Positions 38,593-49,417 are shown, counted from the first letter of the stretch. The stretch: DNA of 64,000 nucleotides from Clostridia bacterium (GCA_050951325.1 JBMNIW010000012.1:192001-256000), one strand, 5' to 3'. Made by a program: numbers and translations. The notes: a model not told the origin generated them from the letters alone.

Positions 38593-39960
38593 GTGAAAAT
38601 AAAACAAGGAGTGAGCTTTACTATGTATAGTATAACACAAGCAGCAGAAAAATTACTAGAGGAAATTTTTAAAACTAATATTACCGAGGGATTAACGAGC
38701 TCTATTTATCATTTATATGCTTCATTCGATGAGTTTGTACGAACATTTTTGTCATCTAAATTGAATGAGTTGGATCAAGATATATTTAATAATCCTGATT
38801 GTCGAGAAGGCTGGAAAGTCGTCCATAAGGATGTCCCACGAACTATTCAGTGTAGGTTTGGACCATTATCATATAAAAGAAGGTACTATAGACATAAAGA
38901 AACAGGGGTAACACTGCACTTAGCGGATGTATTAGCTAAAATTGATAAAGGAGACAGAATAGAGAGAGGACTCGCGTTAACCCTTACAGAGTTAGCGACA
39001 GATAATTCATATGAAAAAAGCTCGAAAATAGCCTGTAACAATCATGTTTCACGGCAAAGTGTAATGAAAAAGACTAGAGCAGCGAAGAATTATGAGCTTG
39101 AGAAAGAACCTGAAAGAAGAGAAGTAAAAGAGATACATATTCAAGTTGATGAAGATCATGTTGCGATGCAAAACGGAAAGAGTTCAATTGTAAAACTGGC
39201 TGTTGTCCATGAGCCTAGAAAGCAAATTAAAAGCAAAGCCATTTTACCTAATAAGATGCATTTTGCTAGCCATAAAGATAAACCAGAAGATTTTTGGTGC
39301 AAAGTGTCAGAGGGCATTATTGAGCGATATGGCAACCGCGATGACTTGAAGGTATACATTCATGGCGATGGTGCATCCTGGATAAAAACAGGACTAGAAT
39401 GGATTCCTAATAGTGTCTTTATACTTGATCGGTTCCATGTACATAAATACATAAATAAACTTAACGACTTCAAATATATCAATCAAACATGGCAATATTT
39501 GCGTCGCGAAAACTACAATGATTTAAAAGTGTTTTTATACACGCTAGTTGCTAATGATGAGATAGATGAAAAGACAGGAAGCGAAATATATAGCTATTTA
39601 AGGAATAATAGAGAAGGGATTAAGAATTTATTGACTCTGCCACCTAATACTGTTAAATCATGTGCAGAAGGGTTAGTAAGCCATGTTTTGTCTGATAGGT
39701 TAAGTAGAAAACCGCTCGCATGGAGCGCAGAAGGATTAGAAACAATTACTCAGCTAAGGATGTATTTGCTTAACGGAGGAGCGCTCGAAGAAAAGCATTT
39801 TGTGCAGACAAACCCATCGGTAGAAAAGCATAAATCAAAGGTAATTGAGATGCGTAAGCGTCTAGCTCCGCCTACTTATTATATGAATTTTGATATAAAT
39901 AAATATATACCGCGAAAAAAAGACAATAAGTTCCTTAAATCGCTTGCACATATTTCTTAG
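38593..39960 (+). CDS. ISLre2-family (UPF0236) transposase
   Basis: RTIQCRFG.LSYKRRYY, DEDHV, GDGASWI, LDRFH, AEGLVSHVLSDRLS...WS. Confidence 0.9.
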   Translation: MKIKQGVSFTMYSITQAAEKLLEEIFKTNITEGLTSSIYHLYASFDEFVRTFLSSKLNELDQDIFNNPDCREGWKVVHKDVPRTIQCRFGPLSYKRRYYRHKETGVTLHLADVLAKIDKGDRIERGLALTLTELATDNSYEKSSKIACNNHVSRQSVMKKTRAAKNYELEKEPERREVKEIHIQVDEDHVAMQNGKSSIVKLAVVHEPRKQIKSKAILPNKMHFASHKDKPEDFWCKVSEGIIERYGNRDDLKVYIHGDGASWIKTGLEWIPNSVFILDRFHVHKYINKLNDFKYINQTWQYLRRENYNDLKVFLYTLVANDEIDEKTGSEIYSYLRNNREGIKNLLTLPPNTVKSCAEGLVSHVLSDRLSRKPLAWSAEGLETITQLRMYLLNGGALEEKHFVQTNPSVEKHKSKVIEMRKRLAPPTYYMNFDINKYIPRKKDNKFLKSLAHIS

Positions 39961-40307
39961 TTGTCTTTAATGGAAATTTAAAACGTCCGAGTAAAGGCGA
40001 AAATGCTTATATTCAACGTCTGATTGCATTAAATAGATATCAAAATTTTGTTTGTCTTTATAGCCACTTCTATATGTGGTTATTTTGGGCTACCAAAATA
40101 ACAATTGGCTTTTTACAGCTCAGTACTTAAACTCGCTAAATTCCCTCTTTGTATCAATTTTTAGCAGATGCTCCGAGATTGAATCTCTTAGGCATAGGAT
40201 GAGGGCGGGGTCTGATGTGCTAAAATGTTAATTAAAGGGCTCTTGTGGTTTTATCCTTGTATCAATCTTCCCTTCAGCCCGTCGATGCTCTCGTTTAGCA
40301 TATCAGA

Positions 40308-40353
40308 AGAGCCAAGTCAAGAGAAGAAACGAAGTGGCTCTTGACTTGGCTCT
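40308..40353. repeat. Perfect 16-bp inverted repeat with 14-nt loop in the ISLre2 tail
   Basis: AGAGCCAAGTCAAGAG / CTCTTGACTTGGCTCT. Confidence 0.85.
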
Positions 40354-40602
40354 ACCAACCGGACTTGAAGTAATGCAATGAATATGCTCTTGCAGGTTAA
40401 TTTACATCGTGATATACTGTAAGCATCACAAAGTATTAAGCATATTTAAAGGGTCAAAAAAGCAGCTAATACTATATCCTTTAAACCTAGAAGAAAATGA
40501 CGCGGTCGTATTTACAAAAACGGTTGCTTGCATTAATATATATTAAACTGTGCTAATTCAAATATACATAAGATGTTTCACCATTTATCAGGAGGAAATT
40601 AA

Positions 40603-41727
40603 ATGACGATAGTACTTGTTATTGATGTTTTTGACCAAAAGAAAAATGGTACAACCATGTCGGCAAGGAGATTTACCGAGCTGTTAAGAGAAAGAGGACA
40701 CGAAGTAAGAGTAATATCGACGGGACAACCAGAAAAGGACAAATTCGTTGTTAAAACAGTAAGACCACCAATAATCAACACATTGTGTGAAAAACAAAGT
40801 TTTCAGTTTGCAAAAGCAGATAAAAAAGTTATTAGAGAAGCACTTAAAGGTGCGGATGTTGTTCACTTGTACATGGCTTTTCCATTGGAAATTAAAGCTT
40901 TAAGAGAAGCAAGGAAGATGGGAATACCCTGCACAGGAGCATTTCATATTCAGCCAGAGAATATAACGTACAATATTAATATGAAGAGAGCAGAGTGGCT
41001 GGCTTGGATTATTTATCGCCTGTTCAGACGATTCTACAATAAACTCGATCATGTGCACTGCCCATCGGAATTTATTGCAAGCCAGTTGAAAAAGCACAAA
41101 TACAAGGCAAAGCTGCACGTAATATCCAATGGAATAACAAAGGAGTTTGTGCCTGACAAGGAAGTCATGGAACAAAACAAAATCAAGAACAGAATTGACG
41201 TATTAATGATAGGAAGACTGTCACCCGAGAAAAGACAGGACCTGGCTATTGAGGCAGTAAAATTATCAAAATATTCTTCAAGAATTCATTTGCATTTTGC
41301 TGGTTTTGGTCCCATGGAAAAGGAGTATAAAAAGATGGCCTCCACTTTACATAATCCTGCCACCTTCAATTTCTACGACCAGAAGGATCTTATCAACCTC
41401 ATTCATAGCTGCGATTTGTATGTTCATACCTCTGAAATCGAGATAGAAGCCATTGCATGCATCGAAGCGATAAGCTGCGGACTTGTGCCTGTAATTGCAA
41501 ATTCCAAAAAATCAGCAGCAAAGCAGTTTGCACTGGACGAAAGAAGCTTGTTTGAGTCAGGCAATGCACAGGACCTGGCCGATAAAATAGATTATTGGAT
41601 AGAAAATCCTGATGAAAAGAAAAGAATGTCGGAAAAATATGTACTTTATTCGAGAAATTATGATATAAATAAGAGTATAGACAAAGCTGAAGCAATGTTT
41701 ATGGAGGCAATAAGAGATGCACGTTAA
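40603..41727 (+). CDS. GT4 glycosyltransferase, probable glycolipid synthase
   Basis: GRLSPEKRQD, EIEAIACIEA; coupled to an acyltransferase gene. Confidence 0.8.
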   Translation: MTIVLVIDVFDQKKNGTTMSARRFTELLRERGHEVRVISTGQPEKDKFVVKTVRPPIINTLCEKQSFQFAKADKKVIREALKGADVVHLYMAFPLEIKALREARKMGIPCTGAFHIQPENITYNINMKRAEWLAWIIYRLFRRFYNKLDHVHCPSEFIASQLKKHKYKAKLHVISNGITKEFVPDKEVMEQNKIKNRIDVLMIGRLSPEKRQDLAIEAVKLSKYSSRIHLHFAGFGPMEKEYKKMASTLHNPATFNFYDQKDLINLIHSCDLYVHTSEIEIEAIACIEAISCGLVPVIANSKKSAAKQFALDERSLFESGNAQDLADKIDYWIENPDEKKRMSEKYVLYSRNYDINKSIDKAEAMFMEAIRDAR

Positions 41728-42391
41728 GAAATGTATACACTTCATCCTTTACTATTTCATAGTCTTGCCATTACTCTATATCGTAAACTACATAGTTTTC
41801 GATCTTGAGGTGGAAGGAAGGGAAAATCTTAAGGGTATAAAAGGCGGGGTAGTTATTTGCAACCACATACATACTCTTGACTGTACGATGATAGGAATTG
41901 CTGCCTTTCCAAGAAGAGCAACACTGGTATCTCAAAAAGAAAACTTTGAAATACCTGTTGCAGGCTGGTTTGTAAAGCACTTAGGAAGTCTGTCTACAGG
42001 AAAGGGATACAGGGAAAAGAAGAGCTTTTACAAAAAAGCGATCAACACTTTGAAAAACGAAAAACTTGTTTGTATTTATCCTGAAGGAGAGCTTGAACCT
42101 TACTGCAAGTACATACGCGAATTCAAGAAAGGTGCCTTTTTGATAGCAGCAAAAACAAACAGCCCGATTATACCGATGCGCATCATGATGAGGCCTTGCA
42201 CAGGATTAAGAAGGATATACAGGAGAAAACCTTTGTTTAGCATACACATAGAAAAGCCTATCTATCCCAAAGGAAACACTATGTATGAAAAATCACAATA
42301 TCTGTATATTGAATCCTTAAAAGCCATGGACAAAATTGTTGAACAAAGCTATACCGCTGACAATCTCATAAGAGAAGAAAGACCCGTATGA
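41717..42391 (+). CDS. PlsC-family lysophospholipid acyltransferase
   Basis: NHIHTLD (HX4D), YPEG, FKKGAF. Confidence 0.85.
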   Translation: MHVKKCIHFILYYFIVLPLLYIVNYIVFDLEVEGRENLKGIKGGVVICNHIHTLDCTMIGIAAFPRRATLVSQKENFEIPVAGWFVKHLGSLSTGKGYREKKSFYKKAINTLKNEKLVCIYPEGELEPYCKYIREFKKGAFLIAAKTNSPIIPMRIMMRPCTGLRRIYRRKPLFSIHIEKPIYPKGNTMYEKSQYLYIESLKAMDKIVEQSYTADNLIREERPV

Positions 42392-42416
42392 TTAAAAACT
42401 ATGGAGGGAACATGCA

Positions 42417-43733
42417 ATGAAATACAACGTGGTATTTGTGTTCTCGGATCAGCACAGGTTACAGGCAACAGGATATGCAGGAGATCCGAATGTAAACACA
42501 CCAAACATGGACAGGCTAAGGGAAATAGGAACCGACTTCCTCTATGCAATATCAAACTGTCCTGTATGCAGCCCAAATAGGGCCAGCCTGATAACCGGAC
42601 AGTATCCGCTAACCCATAGAGTGGTTTTTAACGATGTGACCTTGTCACCAGACGCTACAAGCATTGCTCATGCATTTAAAAATTCCGGCTATGATACTGC
42701 ATATATTGGAAAATGGCATCTAAACGGAAAAGGAAGAAGCTCATATATTCCACCGGAAGAAAGACTGGGTTTTGATTTCTGGAGAGTACTGGAATGTACC
42801 CATAACTACAACAACTCCTTCTTTTACGGAGATGACGATGTGAGAAGGAAATGGGAAGGCTATGACGTTTTTGCCCAGACCAATTGTGCAATTGAGTATA
42901 TAAAGGAACAGAGGAAAAAGGACAAACCTTTCTTCCTAATGCTGTCCTGGGGACCTCCCCACGACCCATATAATATAGCACCAAGTGAATACAGGAAAAG
43001 ATTCAAGGACAAGGAACTTGATTTAAGACCAAATGTGCCTGTGTATACAAAACCTTATGTGTTAAGAAATCTTCCTGGATACTATGCTCATGTTGAGGCT
43101 ATAGATGACGCTCTTGGCAAACTTATGGACGTTATTGATGACAACACCATTTTCGTTTATACCTCCGACCATGGCGACATGCTTGGCTCGCAGGGACTTG
43201 GTAAGAAGCAAAAGCCTTATGATGAAAGCATACGCATACCTTTCCTTATGAAACTACCGGGTGAAAGCATAAAAAGCTTTGATGAGATGTTCAATACCCC
43301 GGATATTGCACCTACTTTGCTTGGTTTGTGCGGTATTGAGGTACCCAAAACCATGGAAGGCAGAGACTTGTCGGAAGTAATTAGAGGAAGGAAGAAAGTA
43401 GAGGAAACAGCCGCATTTATTATGAACATTGCCCCTTTTGGTGAGTATGCAAGATGTTTTGGAGGAAGGGAATGGAGGGGGCTTAGGACAAAACGCCATA
43501 CCTATGTCATTTCAAAAGCAGGACCCTGGCTTTTGTTTGATAACAAAAAAGATCCATACCAGCTTAATAATTTGATTGAGAGCGAGGATTACAGACAAAT
43601 CAGGGAAGAGCTGCATGAGGAACTTCTAAAAGTTATGGAGGAAAGAAACGATGATTTTCTGTTTGGAGATGAATATGCAGAAATGTGGGGATACAATCTT
43701 GATGATAACGGCACTGTGATCTATAACTGGTAA
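42417..43733 (+). CDS. Cys-type sulfatase
   Basis: SDQHR, CSPNRASLITG, GKWHL, TSDHG. Confidence 0.92.
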   Translation: MKYNVVFVFSDQHRLQATGYAGDPNVNTPNMDRLREIGTDFLYAISNCPVCSPNRASLITGQYPLTHRVVFNDVTLSPDATSIAHAFKNSGYDTAYIGKWHLNGKGRSSYIPPEERLGFDFWRVLECTHNYNNSFFYGDDDVRRKWEGYDVFAQTNCAIEYIKEQRKKDKPFFLMLSWGPPHDPYNIAPSEYRKRFKDKELDLRPNVPVYTKPYVLRNLPGYYAHVEAIDDALGKLMDVIDDNTIFVYTSDHGDMLGSQGLGKKQKPYDESIRIPFLMKLPGESIKSFDEMFNTPDIAPTLLGLCGIEVPKTMEGRDLSEVIRGRKKVEETAAFIMNIAPFGEYARCFGGREWRGLRTKRHTYVISKAGPWLLFDNKKDPYQLNNLIESEDYRQIREELHEELLKVMEERNDDFLFGDEYAEMWGYNLDDNGTVIYNW

Positions 43734-43753
43734 AAAAAATTTTTTAAACCCTA

Positions 43754-43810
43754 TTGACATTTGATAGGGTTTTATTTATACTAATTTTAGTTAATCACTC
43801 AACTAACTAA
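43754..43810 (+). promoter_or_regulatory. Promoter plus GntR/YtrA-type operator
   Basis: TTGACA-17 nt-TATACT followed by TTAGTTA-N10-TAACTAA (43787-43810). Confidence 0.75.
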
Positions 43811-43843
43811 CCAGTATTCTAATGAGCCAGAAAGGAGGAACTT

Positions 43844-44215
43844 ATGTTTATCGAATTTTCAGATGAAAAGCCAATCTTTATACAGATAGCGGAGTGGATT
43901 GAGGATGCAATTCTTGCAGGCAGATACGAGGAAGAACAACAGATACCTTCAATCACGGAATTTTCAGTGGCATGCAAGATAAATCCAGCTACTGCATTGA
44001 AAGGTATAAACCTGTTGGTGGATGATGGAATTTTATACAAGAAAAGGGGGCTAGGCATGTTTGTTGCAAATGGAGCGCATGAAAAATTAAGAACAAAGCG
44101 CAAAGAACTGTTTTACGAAAACTATGTCATCAGCCTTGTTAAAGAGGCAAAGAGAATCAATATTGATAAAAACGATATAATGAAAATGATAGAAAGAGGG
44201 TTTGAAAATGATTGA
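43844..44215 (+). CDS. GntR-family (YtrA-like) regulator
   Basis: KPIFIQIA, INPATA, KKRGLGMFV. Confidence 0.9.
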   Translation: MFIEFSDEKPIFIQIAEWIEDAILAGRYEEEQQIPSITEFSVACKINPATALKGINLLVDDGILYKKRGLGMFVANGAHEKLRTKRKELFYENYVISLVKEAKRINIDKNDIMKMIERGFEND

Positions 44216-45059
44216 GATTAAGAGTTTAACCAAAGATTATAAAAATGTAAGAGCTCTTGACAATGTTACATTGACATTTGAAGAGAACAAAATATATGGA
44301 CTTTTGGGAAGAAACGGAGTTGGCAAGTCCACACTGTTGAACATAATTACAGATAAAGTGTTTCCAAGCCAGGGAGAAGTATTGGTAGATGGGGAAAAAG
44401 TTTCAAACAACGACGAAGTTCTCGGAAAGATGTTCTTGATGAATGAAAAGAACTACTATCCAGAGAGCATGAAGGTGTATGAGATATTCAACTGGACGAA
44501 TGAGTTCTATCCTGACTTTGACTTGGTCAGTGCTTTTGAACTGGCAGACAAATTCAAGCTTAATACAAAAAGCAAGGTTAAAGCCCTCTCCACTGGATAC
44601 GCATCAATTTTCAAGGCAATAGTTGCTCTTTGCTCTAATACAAAATATATATTGCTTGACGAGCCGGTTTTGGGACTTGATGCAAACCACAGGGATTTAC
44701 TTTACAAAGTCATACTGGACAGATACGCAAACAACCCAAAAACAATAATCATTTCCACCCATTTAATTGAAGAAGTGTCCAGTGTTATTGAAGAGATCGT
44801 TATTATCCACAATGGAAAAGTCCTTTTGCAGGATTCCTGCGAAAATGTTCTATCCTCCGGATACACCATAACAGGAAAAATCCAGGACGTAGATGAGTAT
44901 ATAGATGGGAAGGATGTAATCAGCACTGAAACCTTTGGAGGTCTCAAGAATGCGTATGTTAAAGGAAAACCGCAAAATGTACCGAGCAGCCTGGAAGTTT
45001 CTAAACTTGACCTGCAAAAACTCTTCATCCAACTAACAAACGATAAGGAGGGAATCTAA
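44202..45059 (+). CDS. ABC transporter ATP-binding protein
   Basis: GRNGVGKST, LSTG, LLDEP, STH. Confidence 0.92.
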   Translation: MKMIEIKSLTKDYKNVRALDNVTLTFEENKIYGLLGRNGVGKSTLLNIITDKVFPSQGEVLVDGEKVSNNDEVLGKMFLMNEKNYYPESMKVYEIFNWTNEFYPDFDLVSAFELADKFKLNTKSKVKALSTGYASIFKAIVALCSNTKYILLDEPVLGLDANHRDLLYKVILDRYANNPKTIIISTHLIEEVSSVIEEIVIIHNGKVLLQDSCENVLSSGYTITGKIQDVDEYIDGKDVISTETFGGLKNAYVKGKPQNVPSSLEVSKLDLQKLFIQLTNDKEGI

Positions 45060-45803
45060 ATGAGAAACAAAACGAAAGCCGTTTACAAATACAATATTAC
45101 GACCAGTGCAAGACCCCTGGGCATTTATTATTTCATAGTACTTATGATTATCATATCCTTTGCAATTATCGCTCTTATTTCAAGCGGAAACACACATGTT
45201 TCAGGTATTGAGTTTGCAACAGTTATATTTTTGTTAGTCTTGGCACTGGCAGACTTTAGGGAGAATTTTGAAGCACTAAACCAATACGGTTTGAGCAGAA
45301 AGTCCATATATGTGGGAAAAGTGCTTGCCTTTGGTTCGCTTGCACTGGCTGCCGCTTTTATTGACAGACTTCTGGTAATTGCTGTGGAAAAAATAACTTC
45401 TCCAATGGAAAACTTTCTTTTTGGAAGCTTTTTCACCACAATGTATGAAACCAGCTTTGCCAAATTAAATTTTTGGTCCGAGAACCTGCTGGCACTCCTC
45501 CTGTCCTTCTCTGCATATCTTGCGCTATTGTCTTCCGGAACATTTATATCTGCAGTTTTCTACAGATCCAACCGTATCGGTAAAATTGCAATTGCTGCAG
45601 GAATACCCATATTTATCTTTGTAGCCGTACCGGTCATTGGAGCTTATATCTACACCTCCAAGTTGGCCAAAGTGTTTACGAAATTGTTGGAAATCTCGCT
45701 GTCGACTCCTGCAAGAGCTTCAGTTTCCTTTTTACTCGGTGCAATTATTTTCGGTGTAATAACCTATCCTATTGTTATGAGGACTACTTTGAAAGGAAAG
45801 TAA
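45060..45803 (+). CDS. ABC transporter permease
   Basis: About 6 TM segments; follows the ATPase gene. Confidence 0.75.
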   Translation: MRNKTKAVYKYNITTSARPLGIYYFIVLMIIISFAIIALISSGNTHVSGIEFATVIFLLVLALADFRENFEALNQYGLSRKSIYVGKVLAFGSLALAAAFIDRLLVIAVEKITSPMENFLFGSFFTTMYETSFAKLNFWSENLLALLLSFSAYLALLSSGTFISAVFYRSNRIGKIAIAAGIPIFIFVAVPVIGAYIYTSKLAKVFTKLLEISLSTPARASVSFLLGAIIFGVITYPIVMRTTLKGK

Positions 45804-45812
45804 CAGACATTC

Positions 45813-45842
45813 AAGCCGCGCATTGCGCGGCTTCTTCTTTTC
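45813..45842 (+). terminator. Intrinsic terminator
   Basis: AAGCCGCGC-ATT-GCGCGGCTT followed by CTTCTTTT. Confidence 0.8.
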
Positions 45843-45909
45843 ATTGACAATATTCTGGAATTATCCTATTATTATTTGACCCGAAATATTTACATTGGAA
45901 GGTTTTATA

Positions 45910-46842
45910 ATGAAACACGTTAATCTAAATTCAACTGATCTGGTAGTATCAGACGTATGTCTTGGAACTGGAAAATTTGGCAACAGCCTCGATGTAACTT
46001 CTAGCAAGCATCAACTTTCTCATTTCTTTTATTCTGGGTACAATTTTATTGATACCGCCCGGGTTTACGGAAACAGCGAAAGAGTAATCGGAGAGTGGCT
46101 TAAGGAGACCAATCTGCGTTCTTCCATTGTCATTGCTTCAAAGGGTGCACACCCGGATGTTGAATGGAATTCCAGAATGACGAGGGAAGATATACTATAT
46201 GATATTGAGACTAGTCTGACCACTTTGGGGACCGATTACATAGATTTGTACTTTCTGCACAGGGATGACAGAAACGTGCCCGTTCGCGAAATTATTGACA
46301 TGCTGGAAGATCTTTGCAACAGCGGAAAAGTACGCTACTATGGTTGTTCTAACTGGACACTGGATAGAATAATCGAGGCACAACAATATGCGAAAAAATC
46401 AGGCAGCAAGGGTTTTGTCTGCAACCAGGTTATGCTTTCTTTGACAAAAGCAAACAAGAATGTTTTTGATAAGATGGACATGATTCAGGCAGACAAGGAT
46501 ATGGTGGAATACCATGAGAACACCAACCTCACACTTATGTCGTATATGACTCTTGCAGGCGGATATTTTATAAAACTGATGGAAAAATCAGAAATACACG
46601 AAAACTACAAGATAATGTATGATAACGAAGAAAACCGCAAAACATTAATAGTAATGAAGGATTTATGCAAAAAATACGGCTACAGTCCACTGGAGCTTTT
46701 GCTACAGTATGTACTCGCAAGACCTTTCTGCTCAATACCTGTCATTTCTTTTTCAAGTATTGGACAAATGGATGAGGTTTTAAGGTTCAGTGAAAGCAGT
46801 TTTCAAAAGGAACACATCGATATGCTAGTAAAAATATTTTAG
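45910..46842 (+). CDS. Aldo/keto reductase
   Basis: CLGT, IDTARVYG, SKG, TDYIDLYFLHRD, GCSNW. Confidence 0.9.
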   Translation: MKHVNLNSTDLVVSDVCLGTGKFGNSLDVTSSKHQLSHFFYSGYNFIDTARVYGNSERVIGEWLKETNLRSSIVIASKGAHPDVEWNSRMTREDILYDIETSLTTLGTDYIDLYFLHRDDRNVPVREIIDMLEDLCNSGKVRYYGCSNWTLDRIIEAQQYAKKSGSKGFVCNQVMLSLTKANKNVFDKMDMIQADKDMVEYHENTNLTLMSYMTLAGGYFIKLMEKSEIHENYKIMYDNEENRKTLIVMKDLCKKYGYSPLELLLQYVLARPFCSIPVISFSSIGQMDEVLRFSESSFQKEHIDMLVKIF

Positions 46843-46864
46843 GATGAAATAAAGAAGGGTTTTT

Positions 46865-47380
46865 ATGGAGTTCAACATAGATGTATTTACAGACTACCTC
46901 GCAAAGTACGGAGTCATAACCATATTTATTGTCGTTTTTCTAGAGTACTTGAATCTGCCAGGGTTTCCTGCAGGTGTCATTATGCCCCTTTCAGGAATCT
47001 GGATCTATCAAGGAGGCATTAACTTTTTCTTTGCATATTCCGTATCCATACTGGCAGGTCTTTGCGGAAGCTGGGTTCTATACCTGATAGGTTTTTATGG
47101 TGGCTCGTTGGTTATAACGAAATATACAAACAGGTTCCCAAAACATAAAGAAAGGATAGAGAAGGTTATACATTCCATTGAAAGGAAAGGCTATTTGGGA
47201 GTTTTTATTGGAAAGCTGATTCCTGTTGCAAGGACCCTTGTTTCACTTCCTGCAGGCGCTCTAAGGCTCAACTTTTATAAATACACCATGGCTTCAGGTT
47301 TTGGTATTGCAATCTGGAACTTCGTTTTTATTGGCGCTGGGTATCTGTTTGGACAACCTGTTATTAATTTTCTTTCCTAG
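46865..47380 (+). CDS. DedA-family membrane protein
   Basis: FLE...PG.P, KLIPVARTLVSLPAG. Confidence 0.9.
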   Translation: MEFNIDVFTDYLAKYGVITIFIVVFLEYLNLPGFPAGVIMPLSGIWIYQGGINFFFAYSVSILAGLCGSWVLYLIGFYGGSLVITKYTNRFPKHKERIEKVIHSIERKGYLGVFIGKLIPVARTLVSLPAGALRLNFYKYTMASGFGIAIWNFVFIGAGYLFGQPVINFLS

Positions 47381-47434
47381 TGTAATAAGTCCCATGTGTG
47401 GTATAATCAAGAAAATAAAAAAGGGAGGGGTTTT

Positions 47435-48403
47435 ATGTTAAATATTGCTCTAATTGGCACTTGGCATGTTCACTTTGATCAGTATGCAAGAGAAATCAAG
47501 GAAAATCCAAACTGCGAGATTTACGGCATCTGGGATCCGGATAAAAGCAAGGCCGAGGAAAAAGCAAAAGAGTATGGAACTTTCGCATTTGATAATCTTG
47601 ATGATGCTTTGGAATCTGCTGATGTGGACGGTATCGTAATTTCCACCGCCACAAACATGCACACTGATATTATAATCAAGGCTGCCGAGAATAAGAAACA
47701 TATTTTTACTGAAAAAGTCTTGTGCTTTACCGTCGGAGAGGCGAAAAGAATTAGGGAAAGCGTAAAAAGAAACAACATAAAATTCTGTATTTCCTATCCA
47801 TGGCGCACACGCAGCGACTTTCTATGGATAAAAGAAGCTATGGATAATAAACTTATAGGGGATGTTACATATTTAAGGATAAGAAACTGCCATGATGGAG
47901 CTTCTACAGGATGGCTGCCTCCACATTTCTTTGACCTGGAAGAGTGCGGTGGCGGCGCAATGATGGACCTGGGTGCACATCCCATGTATCTCATCCGCTG
48001 GCTTTTGGGAAGACCAAAATCAATCACATCCACTTTTACAAAAGTAACAGGAAAAGAAGTGGAAGACAATGCAGTGTCAGTACTTGAGTATGAAGATGGC
48101 GCTATAGCTGTAAGCGAGACGGGATTCGTTTCATCCCACAATCCATTTTCATTTGAAGCCAGTGGTACAAAGGGAACAATATACGCAGGCGGTTACACGA
48201 ACAATTGCGTATACAACATTGGAGAGGGCTGGGTAGAACCCGAACTTAAAGAGCCTCTGCCCATACCTAGTACTATGTGGATTGATGGTATTATAGACGA
48301 CCTTGAGATTCCATTTGACATTGACAGTGCGTATGATCTGACCGAACTGATGGATTATGCATACAAGTCTTATGAAAGTGGTACCAAAGTTAATCTATAT
48401 TAA
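47435..48403 (+). CDS. Gfo/Idh/MocA oxidoreductase
   Basis: KHIFTEK, GGGAMMDLGAH; ATG 47435 after GGGAGG. Confidence 0.9.
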   Translation: MLNIALIGTWHVHFDQYAREIKENPNCEIYGIWDPDKSKAEEKAKEYGTFAFDNLDDALESADVDGIVISTATNMHTDIIIKAAENKKHIFTEKVLCFTVGEAKRIRESVKRNNIKFCISYPWRTRSDFLWIKEAMDNKLIGDVTYLRIRNCHDGASTGWLPPHFFDLEECGGGAMMDLGAHPMYLIRWLLGRPKSITSTFTKVTGKEVEDNAVSVLEYEDGAIAVSETGFVSSHNPFSFEASGTKGTIYAGGYTNNCVYNIGEGWVEPELKEPLPIPSTMWIDGIIDDLEIPFDIDSAYDLTELMDYAYKSYESGTKVNLY

Positions 48404-48466
48404 TGTACACAATGCATTAATTTGTAACTAATTTATTTTGTATTTACAAAGAGGAGGAATGTATTT

Positions 48467-48903
48467 ATGATATGCAATAATTGCGGCACCGCCAACAATG
48501 AAGACGCTAAGTTCTGTAAGAACTGCGGAAACAACCTGGCACAGGGCGAAACTACACAACCAGAACAAACAACCCAACAAGCCCACATCAAACTCAAACT
48601 CAAACTCAGCTCGAACAGCATATCCAGTATGTAACCCCAGAAAAAATGCCACGGGTGGAAAATTATCTGGTCTTCTCGATTCTCGTTACACTACTTTGCT
48701 GTCTGCCTTTAGGTATTGCAGCAATTATCAAGTCCAGCCAGGTGGATAAGGAACTTGCCATAGGTAACTACGAGGGAGCTTTGGCAGCATCCAAACAGGC
48801 AAAGACTTTCAACTTGATAGGAGTAATATCCGGAGGAGTGTTTGTACTTATATGGGTAGTTGTTACTTTTATATTGCCTTTATTACTGGCTTTTGGCCTC
48901 TAA
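48467..48903 (+). pseudogene. Zinc-ribbon plus CD225/dispanin protein, frameshifted near 48585
   Basis: ATG 48467 after GAGGAGG reads MICNNCG...FCKNCG; a second frame continues QTQTQTQLEQ...MPRVENYLVFSILVTLLCCLPLGIAAIIKSSQV. Confidence 0.75.
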
Positions 48904-49039
48904 TTTCATATTTGTTTTTTGTATATTAAAACTAGCGGGTTTTACACCTTCTAGTTTTTAACTATTCATAATTGACTTTTTCTGTTATAACCTCTACAAT
49001 CAAGGATACATGTATATATATTTTTCAGGAGGACAAGAC

Positions 49040-49417
49040 ATGGTATGTAAAGCTTGTGGCCATATCAATCAAGACAATATGGCGAAATTTTGTTCAGCAT
49101 GCGGAAACGAACTTCAGCAAGAATCACAAAACACCGTTTATCAGGAAAGTGTATATTACCAGCCACCACCACAAAGAGTGCCAAACTATCTGATTTTTTC
49201 AATACTTACAACAGTATTTTGCTGTCTGCCCATAGGTATTGCAGCAATTATCAAATCAAGCCAGGTGGATAAGAAAGTAGCTATAGGTGAATACGATGAA
49301 GCAATAAAGATGTCCCAACAGGCAAAAACCTTGAGCATACTGTCCGTCATTCTTGGTGTAGTATTTGTCATTTTCTATATAATTATTATTGCAATAACAA
49401 GTACGGCATTAAGGTAA
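49040..49417 (+). CDS. Zinc-ribbon plus CD225/dispanin protein
   Basis: CKACG...FCSACG; PNYLIFSILTTVFCCLPIGIAAIIKSSQV. Confidence 0.85.
   Translation: MVCKACGHINQDNMAKFCSACGNELQQESQNTVYQESVYYQPPPQRVPNYLIFSILTTVFCCLPIGIAAIIKSSQVDKKVAIGEYDEAIKMSQQAKTLSILSVILGVVFVIFYIIIIAITSTALR

Larger units (their letters stand above)
38525..40507 (+). mobile_element. ISLre2-family element
   Basis: Imperfect 25-bp IRs GTTAGCGTAAAGATTCTCTAGGTTT and GACCGCGTCATTTTCTTCTAGGTTT around the transposase; no clear TSD. Confidence 0.7.
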
